The notes under the pieces: generated by a model | The model's database searches: none | Seen by the model: the letters and a program-made list of their open reading frames with translations, nothing else | What the model was told of the DNA's origin: nothing | Position numbers and translations under genes: made by a program | Shown here: positions 1-11,693 of the stretch, one piece after another | Layout of the letters: the number at the start of each line of letters is the position of its first letter | Position numbering within the stretch: position 1 is the first letter of the stretch | DNA from: Neodothiora populina | Taxonomy: Eukaryota | Direction: 5' to 3' | Assembly: GCF_041146345.1 (NCBI RefSeq) | Contig: NW_027191413.1 | Coordinates: forward strand, 2,604,001 to 2,668,000 | DNA: 64,000 nucleotides

Positions 1-473
1 CTCTGCAACATCCCCCCTCCCCATTTGTCCCTTTCTAAGCTTCTCTGAAGACGCCTTTTATTAATATCTCCGAGACAAATGTGCTGTTGACTCCTCTGTT
101 GGAAACAGCAGCGCGTGATGAAGTCATCTTCACTGTATGCATTGGCTTTATGAGGACATTCTAAAGCGTAGGTTTTGTTCTAGAAGGCGATTCGAATAGC
201 CGCTCTCGGACTTGCTTTCGTACTCCGTACAGGTGAAAGATGCTGTCGGGATCCAGATCCGACCTCGTACCGACGCCAGAGGTGTGAGTTTGACTGGATT
301 CATGATACGAAATGTTCTGGACCAACCAAGGTTAAAGCACAAGTTCGCTGTAAGGTTTCTGCTCTTTTGTCTGTCATCTGTATTTCGATCAGATCCGATC
401 TCACTTATTCTCTGGTCTTACTAATGGCAAGAGGAAATATGCCGTCGTCTGTTATTGCCTCATTTGCACAATC

Positions 474-513
474 GAGATGAGATGAGATGAGATGAGATGA
501 TCTAATCTAATCT
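474..513. repeat. Pentanucleotide microsatellite (GAGAT)5 followed by (TCTAA)2
   Basis: gagatgagatgagatgagatgagatga tctaatctaatct read directly, upstream of TAF11. Confidence 0.9.
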
Positions 514-734
514 TAAACCGCCGTTGATCTCCGCATCACTGCATAATCCTGTAACACTGTGCGAGAGCACTTTCACTATTCTTTGGACCAAAGACGACAA
601 CAACAACATCGTCAACATCGCCATCATCCTCATCATCATCGCCCTCAGCTGCCCGACCGCGTGGCTACAACGAGACGGTCACTCATCTCCTGGAAGTCTA
701 GACAAAGCATACAGCTCGCGCGCATACCTTCGAA

Positions 735-1805
735 ATGGCGAGCAGTCCTCCAGGCCGCGCCCTTTCACCCCCGTCAGCGAACCCTCAGTTTCCAATGTCG
801 AAGAAACGTGCATCAGTCCAACTTCCGACCAACCAACCTTCACACAAGCGCCGGAAACCATCGACCGCATCACTATCAGCACACCCTCTACGGCAAACCT
901 CCTTTCCCCCTCCAGACCGCTTCGGGGGCCGCGCATACAGTCCTGACACTCAAGGCTCACAAGTCGCCTATTCACCCATCAGTCGCAGGAGTGAGAGCTT
1001 GGATATCGATGATGAAATCACAAGTGTAGTCTCAGGCAGGAACAATACCAGCGTCACATCATCAAAGAAAGAGAGGGCGAAGAAGGGCACAAAGACAGGT
1101 CGCGTTGGCAGACCACCAAAGGCCTCGACGAGGGACGGCACCTCCTCTATCATCGATGGAGACACTGCTCCTCTACGCAACAAGGCGGCTGCATCCGCTC
1201 ACGGTGCACAAAACGCAAACGATGCCGCAGATGACGAAGAGGAAGCAGACGACGACGATGCTGGCGAAGATGGTGCTGGTCCGGAGATGGAGGGTGGAGT
1301 CCGCTTGACCAAGGCCGCTGCCGAACAGGACAAAGCAAACAAGGCTACTTTCCAGCTGACTATGGACAAGATGTATCCCCCAAATGCTGAACAGTTCGGC
1401 GTGTGGAATTCTGTCCATTTGAGCAAACCTACCGTGAGGCGCTTGACCAACCAGACATTGTCACAATCAGTCCCGGCATCCGTGGTCAATGCTATTGCTG
1501 CTTATAGCAAGCTATTTGCTGGTGAGATTGTTGACCGCGCTCGAGAAGTACAGAAAGAGTGGGTCGCCGCTGCTGAAAAACTACCTACTGGAGACAAGAA
1601 TGAAGCGGCCTTTGGAAAAGACGGCGAGGGCGAAGCAAGGGTCAAGGAGATGGACAGAGGTCCCTTGCTGCCTGATCACCTAAGAGAGGCTCTAAGGAGG
1701 TACAAGCTCAGTCGAGAGGGCGGCACTGTCGGTTTCACAGGTCTCAGTCTGGAGGGTAAGGAAACCGTCGCAGCGAGGAACGGCGGCAGGAGGTTGTTTC
1801 GATGA
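735..1805 (+). CDS. TAF11: TFIID subunit 11 (TAFII28-like histone-fold protein)
   Basis: 356-aa ORF; disordered N-terminus, then LSKPTVRRLTNQTLSQSV...SKLFAGEIVDRAREVQ...GPLLPDHLREALRRY, typical of TAF11. Confidence 0.9.
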   Translation: MASSPPGRALSPPSANPQFPMSKKRASVQLPTNQPSHKRRKPSTASLSAHPLRQTSFPPPDRFGGRAYSPDTQGSQVAYSPISRRSESLDIDDEITSVVSGRNNTSVTSSKKERAKKGTKTGRVGRPPKASTRDGTSSIIDGDTAPLRNKAAASAHGAQNANDAADDEEEADDDDAGEDGAGPEMEGGVRLTKAAAEQDKANKATFQLTMDKMYPPNAEQFGVWNSVHLSKPTVRRLTNQTLSQSVPASVVNAIAAYSKLFAGEIVDRAREVQKEWVAAAEKLPTGDKNEAAFGKDGEGEARVKEMDRGPLLPDHLREALRRYKLSREGGTVGFTGLSLEGKETVAARNGGRRLFR

Positions 1806-4800
1806 ACATGGCGCTTGCAACCGCACGCCATCCCAACCCGACAGTGGTTGTTATCAGGTGTCAGCAGGCACCAAGGATTGCTCACTAAGGTCCAACCATA
1901 GCATGACTGCCATTACTTATGCTGCATCGGCGATTGATGATTATGATACCTCTTTTGATACAGACAAATGAAAAGCAGAACTGGCCATCATTCAACACCC
2001 TGTGAGACCCAGAGTCCACCGCAATAAATGAACGTTCCTTAGCAAAAGCGTGCTCTAGGCATCCTTGAGAAACATCCTGGTCTATACGCGAAATGGTCTC
2101 AGAGGCAATATGAATTGGGAACCTTGCAAGTCAAGACGATATCTCAACATTTCCCGACGAAGACACCAGATAACTTCGCACTCAACAGCATGCAGATCAC
2201 AAGCTGAACGTCGCCCGAGATCGTTTTCAGTTAGTGCCGAAGGTTTCCTCGAGTTCGGAGAAGGAGGTCATTGGCCCACTGTCCTGTCTGTTGAGGCAGC
2301 GAACCTTGACGGTGATTTTCAGATGCCGCGGATGAGTGTGAGCACCATAATCGCCACCGAACCTCAATCCATCAGTCCGCCTCAGTGACAAGGGTGGTCT
2401 ACCGAACATCGTAGGACATAATACCGTGGATTGCGTGAGAAGATAAGTGTATTGCAAAATGACCTGTTTCATCGGTAAGATTGACCATGTTCTACCTGAT
2501 CGGGTACTGCATCGCACATCGATGTGCTCTCCGTACCCCGAGGGGACTCCGAAAGGACTGACGCCTAGAACAGGAAACACTCAGTGCCCATCAACGTGGG
2601 TTTGATTGGGTACGCTGACATCTAAGTCAAGAAACCATGTGCGACAATCACATGCGTAGGTGCATCGGTTCACGCATGGAAGCACCAGCGACGAAAACCA
2701 AACGGAGCGAGCTCCATCCACAATGGGCACCTCGCCGCAGTTTGTCGTCTTGGACGAAATACGTGACAAGCGTGAAGCCGCTCAACCTACTCCATATCCC
2801 AGCAAATCGCTGAAAAGCACCCCAAGACGACCCACTCACTGTGGACCCACTGCCGCTAAATCGACTTTAATCATGCACAATCTTGCAGAGCACAATACAA
2901 GTATCACAAGCTCGCTCCAGCTGCCTATCAGTGATCTGCTCTAATCCAAGTCCGGCAAAAGCCGGGATCCAGAGTTTTCTTCTTCTGGAAGGACGCTTTC
3001 TCAGCTGGGGTGGTATACACGACGGAGCGTCGAAGCCAGTCTCGAAGTTGTCATAGATCCGAAGAGATCGACAATCGCTATGTTCGGTAGTGGAGGTACG
3101 TGACCCTTGGCTCAGTAGCTCAAAGTTCCCAAGCTTTGGGAAGCTTTGACGGGTAGATCCGCAAAACCAGGTACTCACCTACTGTAGATCTACAAGCTAT
3201 TGGGAAAGTGCAAAAAGCTCGGGGCAATTCAGAACAAGATAGCGCGAAACATACCCACACCAGCCACTTTGCCGTGACAGATCCTTATCTTATAAAACCA
3301 GGATGGGCTAGGAAATGCTACCACCTAAACCTTGACTCTTCATGAACTTCTGAAACGCCCGACGCACACCACACCACCCACGCTCAAGCCGTTGGAGGGT
3401 CGACGCGCTTCGGTAGCGTGTTTGTTCGGCTTCCTTGAGAAAACCCCGGCCTTTTGCTGTCATGCCTGTCAAGTGTCAGGTATCCTAAGCAGACGGACCG
3501 ATTTGGCAACCCACTCATTCTGCGTAATGTAGCCTCATCACCTGCCGTACACATTGATTGAAGATGTCATAATCGCCACATAGCGCAGTGCACAGCTACG
3601 TCTTATCTCCTCTTTTCGCCCACCAACAATCACCGTCATGTTCACTTGCGTACATTAACGGCTCAGTATTGAATCGCGATCTTCACCAACTCATGGCCCA
3701 TTAGCGCACAGAAACTGAAGCTCAGCCCAGAGACTTGGGTCAGTGAGTGTGCGAGGCGATGATGGACATGAAGAAAAAAACCAGCGTCACATCAAGGTCC
3801 CTTCCATGTGCATAATCTCGAATGCACACCCAGATTGCCGACCAAGGATGACCTTGCTGCGCATCCAATGATACCTGCCTTGCCAGAGTTCGCCCGCGGC
3901 CTTGGGAACAAAACCCATGCATGCCGAGTATTACGATAAAAACACGGAGTGCATGCATTTCGCATATTCTTCACATGCAACAATGGCCGAGAATGTTCAT
4001 CATCATGCACTATCCTTGCGCTTTTCCTTGCATTTCTAGTCAGTCGTGGAGCCCACTGCCCAAAGCTTACCACGCTATAGAACGACTTGTCTAGCAGCGG
4101 TCTACCGTTTGTCTCTCTTTTCTTTCCGGTCTTGGCTAAATGATAACGAAGATCATGATATGATGCCCAAAAGGCCGCCCGCAATCATGGCAATAATGCC
4201 AATTTATTATTTCGCTTGGCAAAAAAACTCCCCTCTCATCGTCATATACCATGTAAATGTTGAGCCACCGCAAGGATCCATGTATTGCATGGACCCCCCC
4301 GGAGTTCCTTGGCGCAACGCAACGACGTGTGGCCGCATTGATAAGTCTCACAAAGATAGATTAAATATTGAGATTTAATATGCAGTAGTATTGTATTTCC
4401 AATAACCCTCTCATCCCATCCCGTCGTCGTCGTCGCTTCATATATCATTTCACTATGCGAGCGAGCCGTCCGTGAGGTAATACTTAGTCCATGGGAAAGT
4501 ACCTTACTTGTGCTGTGCTGTGGCTGCGGCCCGGTCATCCGAGGGCCCAGTCTGCCTCGGCGGCGGGGCGTGCCCTCGCATATCAAAATCCAGTCGGTGG
4601 CCTTGCCGACAGCGCATCATCCTGGGGCTGCGGAGGAGAGGGGTTGGAAAAGTGGTGTGGGCATTTTCTCAAATTACGGTGTCTGAGAAATGAGAGAGAA
4701 GGAGAGAGGGCCCGGTCGGTTGGCCGGCCGGTCGCCGCCCACCATGAACCGTCATGGACGCACTTGTCATTTGGCCAGGCCAGGTCTCGACCTTGGGGAA

Positions 4801-5414
4801 TATCTTACACAAAAGTTGATATGATGCAAAGTTTTTTGATTTTTTATACTCAAAGTTTCATAATCTTACTTAACTAGAGGCTGAATGCCGCCCCCTCTTA
4901 CCCCAGGGTTACGCCGGGGCTGAGGCTGGCTTGAACCTTGGACTAGGTGAGGTCTTATTTCCTATGCCAAACAGGAACAAGGATATGCTAGACAGATGGT
5001 GAAAACACAATCCAAGAATCCATCATACACAACGATACCACGCTGGTATGAAGAGGACGTGACACACATCAGGGTGAAATGGAAAGAGTGGAAACTGTTG
5101 CAGAACAAGGATTATCACGACTGCCTATGCATTAGAAACCCCAAAAACTCCTACAATCGCCAGTCTCCCTTGGTGACCAGTCCACTGGTAACCAGATGAC
5201 CAAATGTACGCGCACGCGCAGAAGCTATCAAAACATCCGTACGCACAGCTAAAAGCATGCTCGTTACCGCTTCCAGAAAACGCCTGTTTGATCAATACCT
5301 CTGGACCAGTGATCTCCTTAATTTTACCCATTTATCCGAATGTCTCTCCGCTGTCGGTCCAGCCGATCGCGTCCCTGTTACCTGCTGCGGCAACGGTATG
5401 ATGAGTGTAGCTGA

Positions 5415-8028
5415 TCATACCTGCACTTCTCCATTCCTGCGATCTCTGGCCATCTTGCCAACCCCAGACTTCTGCATTGCATGGTCGTACCCACCCTCAG
5501 GGCTGCCTCTCTGCACAGTCCTGATTTTGGCAAAGTAAGCGGCTCGAGCATCTGGCTCCGGCTCGCAATCTTCCGAAGCATCCGTATAGGTCTCCCAGTT
5601 TTCCGAGCCTGAGACCGCCGAATTGGAAGTCATGACCGAGGATGTGTTTGAGATCTGTCGAGACATCGCTGGTGGCGGTGCTGGCGGGTAGTCGAACCTC
5701 GAAACAGGTATGGACATAGGTGTAGGGTAGTTGCTGAGCTCAGACGGAGCTCTCGAATGTTGGCGATATTCAGGCATCGAACGCAACGACTCATTGTCAC
5801 CGTAAACGTCTTCAGGATCAACGTGCCGCACTATACTTGCGCTACGTTCACCCATGTCGGCGTAGTTGATAGGTGTGGGTGTGGGAGGCATGTAAGCATC
5901 CTTCATCTTAGGTGCAGGCCCACGAGGCGGGCCCATCAGACCCCTTGTGCTGGCCTTGAAATCCTCTCGGCCGTGACCGACGATAGCAGGACGCGGACGC
6001 CGCTCGGGCGAGTTGTTGCCAAGGGGCATACTACTGAGAGGTGCCCTGGGCGGCATTGCTGGAATTTTAGACGGACTGCCCCTCCCAGATGGAGGAGCTG
6101 CCCTATCATGTGCGGCGATGGACGCACTGAAGTTGATGCTTGCAGCGGATGGAGGTCTAATTGATGCGCTGCCAGGATTCCGTACGCTGGTGGGAGTGTG
6201 GGACCTTGGAGGTGCAGTACCACGAATCGTGCCGTTGCGACTCGGAGGTGGAACGGTCCTTGCAACTTTCGATTGCGTAGTGGATGGGGGGAGGTTTGGC
6301 GTCTTAGATCGTGGTTGTGTCATCCCGGTCATGGATGAGTCTGGTAGTTCGTCTAGATAACGCTCGCCATGAACGAGGAAAGGTCGTCCATACTCGTCCT
6401 CCCAGCGCTCGAGAGTAGCACGCAGGTCAGCTTCCACTTTAGGCAGGTCTTTTGCAATGCGCTTTCGCATCTTCTCCTCGCGCAGGAGGCGTGTTGGGTC
6501 CCGTTTTTCTCCCTTCTGGCCTCGTGCCATCAAACGTGAGGCATCCTGTGATGAAGCAGCAAGATCATTACGATCTTTGATTAGTGAACGGTGTTTTTCT
6601 ATCATAAGGAGGGTAGGAGCCCGTTGCTCTTTCAGAGCTTCTAGACGAGCAATCTCAGCCTCGTGGGCAGAGAGCAAAGCATCGGAGTATACATCTGTTT
6701 GATTGGTGCAGTTAGCATGTCGTTGTTACTATTTGGTAAATAAGCGAGCTCGGATCTTGATGTTGACGTACCGGAAAATGCGGGGGTGAAGTCGAGCATC
6801 TCTTCTTCAGAAAAGTAAAGAGCGTCCCATAACTCTTGTAATTTGAAGCGAGCATCCTCAACAAAGAGATGCAAATTTTGTCGCTTTAGCTCGTTAAGTC
6901 GCGCGAGTTCATCTTCAAAATCATTGATCGCTCTCATGCCGCATCCGCGGGCTTTCATCAAGAATGCCTTCGACTCGGCCTCTTCCACCCCCAATTTCTG
7001 CCACAGAGCTGCTACGGTTTGTCGCAGATCTTTGAGTCTTCGCTCACGATCACGCTTCTCCTGCAAAAGCTTTTCTTTGCGTGCTCTCAACCTATTCAAG
7101 TCATCCTCGTGCAGACCGAGTTGCTCAGGTGCTTCTTTAGCGCACTCTACGATCTGACTGTCTACTTGTGCCTGAGGCGTGCCAAGCTCACCCCACAACA
7201 AGATGATGTCCTGCGCTAGCTGCTGTACAGTGACAATGCGTTTGTTATACTCATCATAGACACGCGAAAACTCGTCGTCAAGGGCAGCTACATATGTCGA
7301 TGAAAGATCGAAATTGGGTGCAAGTTTTGCGTTGGGAGAAGTAGGTGGTAGCTTGACCGAGACGAAGGATGGTTCCAAGTGTGATGCATATGATCGAAGG
7401 GCTTCAGCAAGTTCTGTTTTCTAGTCAGTAAATATGTTCGCTCTGGCAAAGCCCCTGCCAGGGCAAATGAGTAGGCGGGCGCGCACTTTTGACTTGCTCA
7501 TAGCGTTCGCGATGTAGTCTTGCGACTGCATGATGCTTCTCCTCGAGTGTTTGAATACAGGGAAGAAGAGGTATAGTAACCTGAAGTTCACCGCTTCCGA
7601 TATCATCTTCAAGGCGGTATTCAGTGTCATCTAGTGCGACTTCCATCTGTCGAATGGATTTTATGAGACGATGCGCCTCCTCTGTTAAGTCATGTTTCTC
7701 ACTGCATGTGATAGTCAGCTAATTTGTTGTTGCGTCCATGTCGCTGGAACTCGACATCTAATTCTCGACTTGACCCACGTTGCGACTAGCTTAAGTTGGT
7801 TATGTAATGTTTCCGATAATGCAGAAAAAAGCTACAGCTAAATGTCAGTTGGGCGATCTCGAATCATCAGTCATTGGGATGTCGAGTTGAACATTCCACT
7901 CGAGGTTGCTCACTAACCTCTGATTCTCGCGAATCCCTCTCATGATTGGGTAATCCGATCTCATCAAAATAGCTGTGCAGCTGATTTATGATGCTCGTAA
8001 CCTGTTGCGAGAGATATCCCGTATCCAT
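5415..8028 (-). CDS. ASE1: Microtubule-bundling protein, Ase1/PRC1/MAP65 family (multi-exon)
   Basis: Start MDTGYLSQQVTSIINQLH at 8028; exons in ORFs 7425-7646, 6641-7378 and 5415-6677; motifs LQELWDALYFSEEE and RDPTRLLREEKMRKRIAKDLPK. The 3' end is uncertain because the stop lies in a GTATGA donor-like site, so a last small exon is possible. Confidence 0.88.
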
Positions 8029-11000
8029 TCTGTTCAAGGCCTGCTAGCAGCGTAGCGAATTACCACTGTTAACACCTCGGATGGGATTGTGGTGTTGGAG
8101 TTGTGGAATGAAACGGTAACGCTTGCGCTCCGCGACTTCTGGGAGAGAGGCGGCACAGGCAGTGAAAGATTCAAGTCGCGTGTGACGCCGATACTAACGT
8201 GGTCAAATATGGCAATGTGTAAACGCTTTCGACAACAAACGAGGGTATGTGTATTTCATGTAACTCGCATTGATCTGGATACACGTTAAACATCTCAGGT
8301 AAAGCAAGCTGCAGTGGCAGACACAAAGCCCCAACGATGGCGACTGTTTTGAAATCTCAAGCGTCGTCAGGGCAACAAAGCCATCGCGCATCAACTACAG
8401 ATCTTCTCCATGGAAATCTCCCGCGATCCCACTCTATCTGACACCTAAAAGCTCGATGCTTACTCTGGAGTACTTTACCAACCTTGTCCCCGGACTCTTA
8501 TGCAGGCACTATAATCGATCTCTCTATGGTATGGCCTCGCCAGTACCTTCAGGTTGCCCTAAGCAGACACAGCGACAAAAATCAGCCTTCTAAGCTATCG
8601 CGTTGCGATGCATTATCGGTGTGCAGAACGAAGCCTCATCGAGGCTTCCACGATTCTAGATACTCAAAGGTTCGAAATGCTACATCTTGCGAAATAGACA
8701 ACCGGACTGGTAGTACATGCTGAATGCTATGGCGTCTTCTAGTATGCTGTCGTCATCGCCAGTGTAGCGATTTGGTATGCCTGGATCCGGTGAAAAGCCT
8801 CTAGGTGAGGTACCTACAGTACCTACCTCGCACCTAACATCCCCCCATCATTGATGATGTGACATCGATCATGCTACCCACCGTCCCGGTTGGAGGTCGA
8901 CACGATCATGCATCAATGCACCAATAGGGAATAGCACTGTTCAGAGAGTATAATATCAGCAGTCACTCGCTCGCCTTGCGATATAGTCTTGCGTTGCAGA
9001 CTGCGACGCGTATGGAAAGCCACTAAATCTGCATCTTGAGGACGCGCTCTCAGGCCCCTCACGCCTGTCAGTCAACATACAGCATGCAGTAGCGGCGCCG
9101 TTCATAGACGCACCTTCCACCAATTATGCGAGGACGGACATTCATACATACATTCACACCCGAATTAGTGTCAAAAGCGATAGACTCGATGTGTGATATG
9201 ATAAGTGCTACACTGGTTGTATTCTCGTATCCATTATTGTCTTGCGCCCCTGTGCCACCTGACGTGTAGCTGGATGATTGGTGTGTACACCACCTATACG
9301 GCTTCGCCTAGCTTATCTTGGCTGTGATGGGCTTTGTGCAATGATGCCGACGATTCGCCTTGACGAGTGGATCGGATGTGTTTAAGTGTTCTGAAATGCA
9401 GCTGAGATCGTACCAGGCGTTCCTGAATTAATAGGGGTAAGGTTTCTGTGCTGCTCGTTGTGTGAGGCGCTGTTATGGCTACCTTACCTGTGTAGTACAC
9501 AGCTGTACAAGGGGAACTGGTAGTGGTGGCGTGCCGAGAGGCTGTGCCTGGAAAGAAATGTCCGAATACGGACCAAGGTGCATTAGCGACGGGAAGCCAC
9601 AAAGCCACCTCGTGGGATTGGTATATCTCCAGTATCTATCTCGTCGAAGCCATACAGCAAGTCTGACAATGAGGGTTGCATGTCGGAGACACCGTTATCC
9701 AGCATTGTATTCCATTGAAGACATTTTGCCTCAACCCATGCAGCTCCTTTATCCTTCTACGCGCTCATGTATAGTCGGTATCCACACAGCGCATATGACG
9801 TTTACTACTAACAGCTTTATCACTCGCTACTTGGCGAAAATGTACGCCACTCCGCGACTTGTATCGTCTTTTTGCAACCAAAGTATTTCTTCTCGCGTCC
9901 AGCTTCAGCTGGTTGGGTTGAACGAGAACCGGACTATCATGTGGTAAGACACGACTAGCCTGCCCATCAGCTTGCATGCTTCGGAAGGTGTCGAAGATAC
10001 GTGATTCAGCAAGGGTGTCAACGGCGATGCATCGATGGAAAGCCTAGGAAGTTCTCCGTCTGTCTTCCGACGCTTCTCGCTACTCGCTACTGTATTCACG
10101 TTTGTCAGAGCTAGCGTCCGATACTTCCTCATATGCAAAGTAGAGAGTGTTCTGTATGCCGATCTCGACTATCAACCGGAGCGCGTAGCCCTTACGAGGC
10201 ATCGTGCTGAAGTAAAACAACTAAGGAGACGATCAAAGAACACGAGAGTTTTTGTGATTATCCCAGCATTTCAGTCCAGCTGAACAGCGCATTGACCAGC
10301 AGCACCGCCAGGCCACCAGCAAGTGCCTCGAAATTGTAGTGTCAGGAGGATTTCGCTTCGATCGATTGCGAACAAAGCCCATCTAAAACTATTTTCGCAC
10401 GCTCGCCGCTAAGTCCGGTGCGTTCACGTGCATGGCCGTCGGGGACGGGACTTAAAATTAAGCCAATGTTGAACCACGTCAACACCTTGTTTAAACCTGG
10501 TACCTGCATCAGTTTCTTCCTGACCCGGCAAACTGCAGACGACGGGGTCTACTGGAGTTTGTGAGTCGCTTAGCTTCAACCTAGAAATTTTGTCCGTTTG
10601 GTGGGACAGGTAAGCCGTGTTGTCTGTTTATGGCCGGCCCCCCCTTCTGTCATGTCAGAGGATGCGTTTGACCCATGTGTCGATCTCTCGGAACTTGCAT
10701 CTGATTTGAACGGCTTGTAGCAACAGCGCAAGGTGTACGAGACGCGTTAGCACCAACTCCACCAGATCCAAGTTCGAGTAAGTAGATACTTTCCATCGAG
10801 TCCGCGCCCTCTAGTGCGTCAATAACACTACGCCGAACACTCCCGTATTGAGAAAGACGCGAAGAGCAGGGATCTCTTCGCCAAGAATGAGGCGGCGTGT
10901 AGCACAAGCATCGATAAGAGATGTTGAGCTACCGAGGGATCCACATGTCCTGCAGTCTCAAAGACTAATCTTAGTGTTTCCTCTAATCATGATATCAATC

Positions 11001-11462
11001 CTCACCTGCATGTCGAGCGAGCGTGCATGCGGGTCGAGCGTATTGTTAGTCAAGTTCCTTGCGCAGCACCAGCAGACTTGCGTGACAGAGCCCGTTGATG
11101 TATCAAACCCACTTGTACACTTGTACTAAACGCGCCGATCCGTGCCATCAGAGAAAGATGGCAGCATGCTGCATCGTATACTTATAGCGGTAGGTCGAGC
11201 CAATCTCTTGAGATGGTTCAGCATTATCTGCTGTTCATTCAGCATCGTTATATGCGCAGATATTCTTCCAAGCACCTACATACATACTTTACACACTCGT
11301 ATCTCCCGTGTCTTCACACTCAAGCCATCCGTCCTTAGTCTGTTCTTGGGCATTGCGCTCGTTCGCTTGATGACTATACTACTGATAATACACTTTCAAT
11401 CTCGAAGGGTATTCTCAGCGCCTAGTGCACTTTTCGCTGTCGTTTAACACTCAGTGCTACCC

Positions 11463-11494
11463 GTACCACCTGTACCAACCGTACCACCGTACCA
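11463..11494. repeat. Four GTACCA copies ~200 bp upstream of the NRPS-like gene
   Basis: GTACCA at 11463, 11472, 11481, 11489. Confidence 0.75.
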
Positions 11495-11693
11495 GCCAGA
11501 CTGCCGGAGGTCTACCCGCCACGTCCATTGACCGTTGAAATTTCATCGGCATTGAATCTTATCAACTTTTATCAGAGGACAATACCCCTCTGGTCCTGAT
11601 CATTGTATACCTACCTGGAGCCATATCACTGCCTTGAAGGACACTTCGTTCGTATCATCACTGCAGGACTCTGTGAGCCTGCTAGGAGACAAT

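Noticed and set aside
3741..3770. CAGTGAGTGTGC, resembling a Tc1/mariner TIR start
   Set aside because: No matching inverted copy, TA target site or transposase ORF seen
5332..5420. Alternative last exon of ASE1 (GNRDAIGWTDSGETFG*)
   Set aside because: Plausible-looking, but the available donor and acceptor phases do not join it in frame; unresolved without RNA data
11634..11693. N-terminal extension of the synthetase shown in the ORF track
   Set aside because: Begins at TTG; the first in-frame ATG is at 11694
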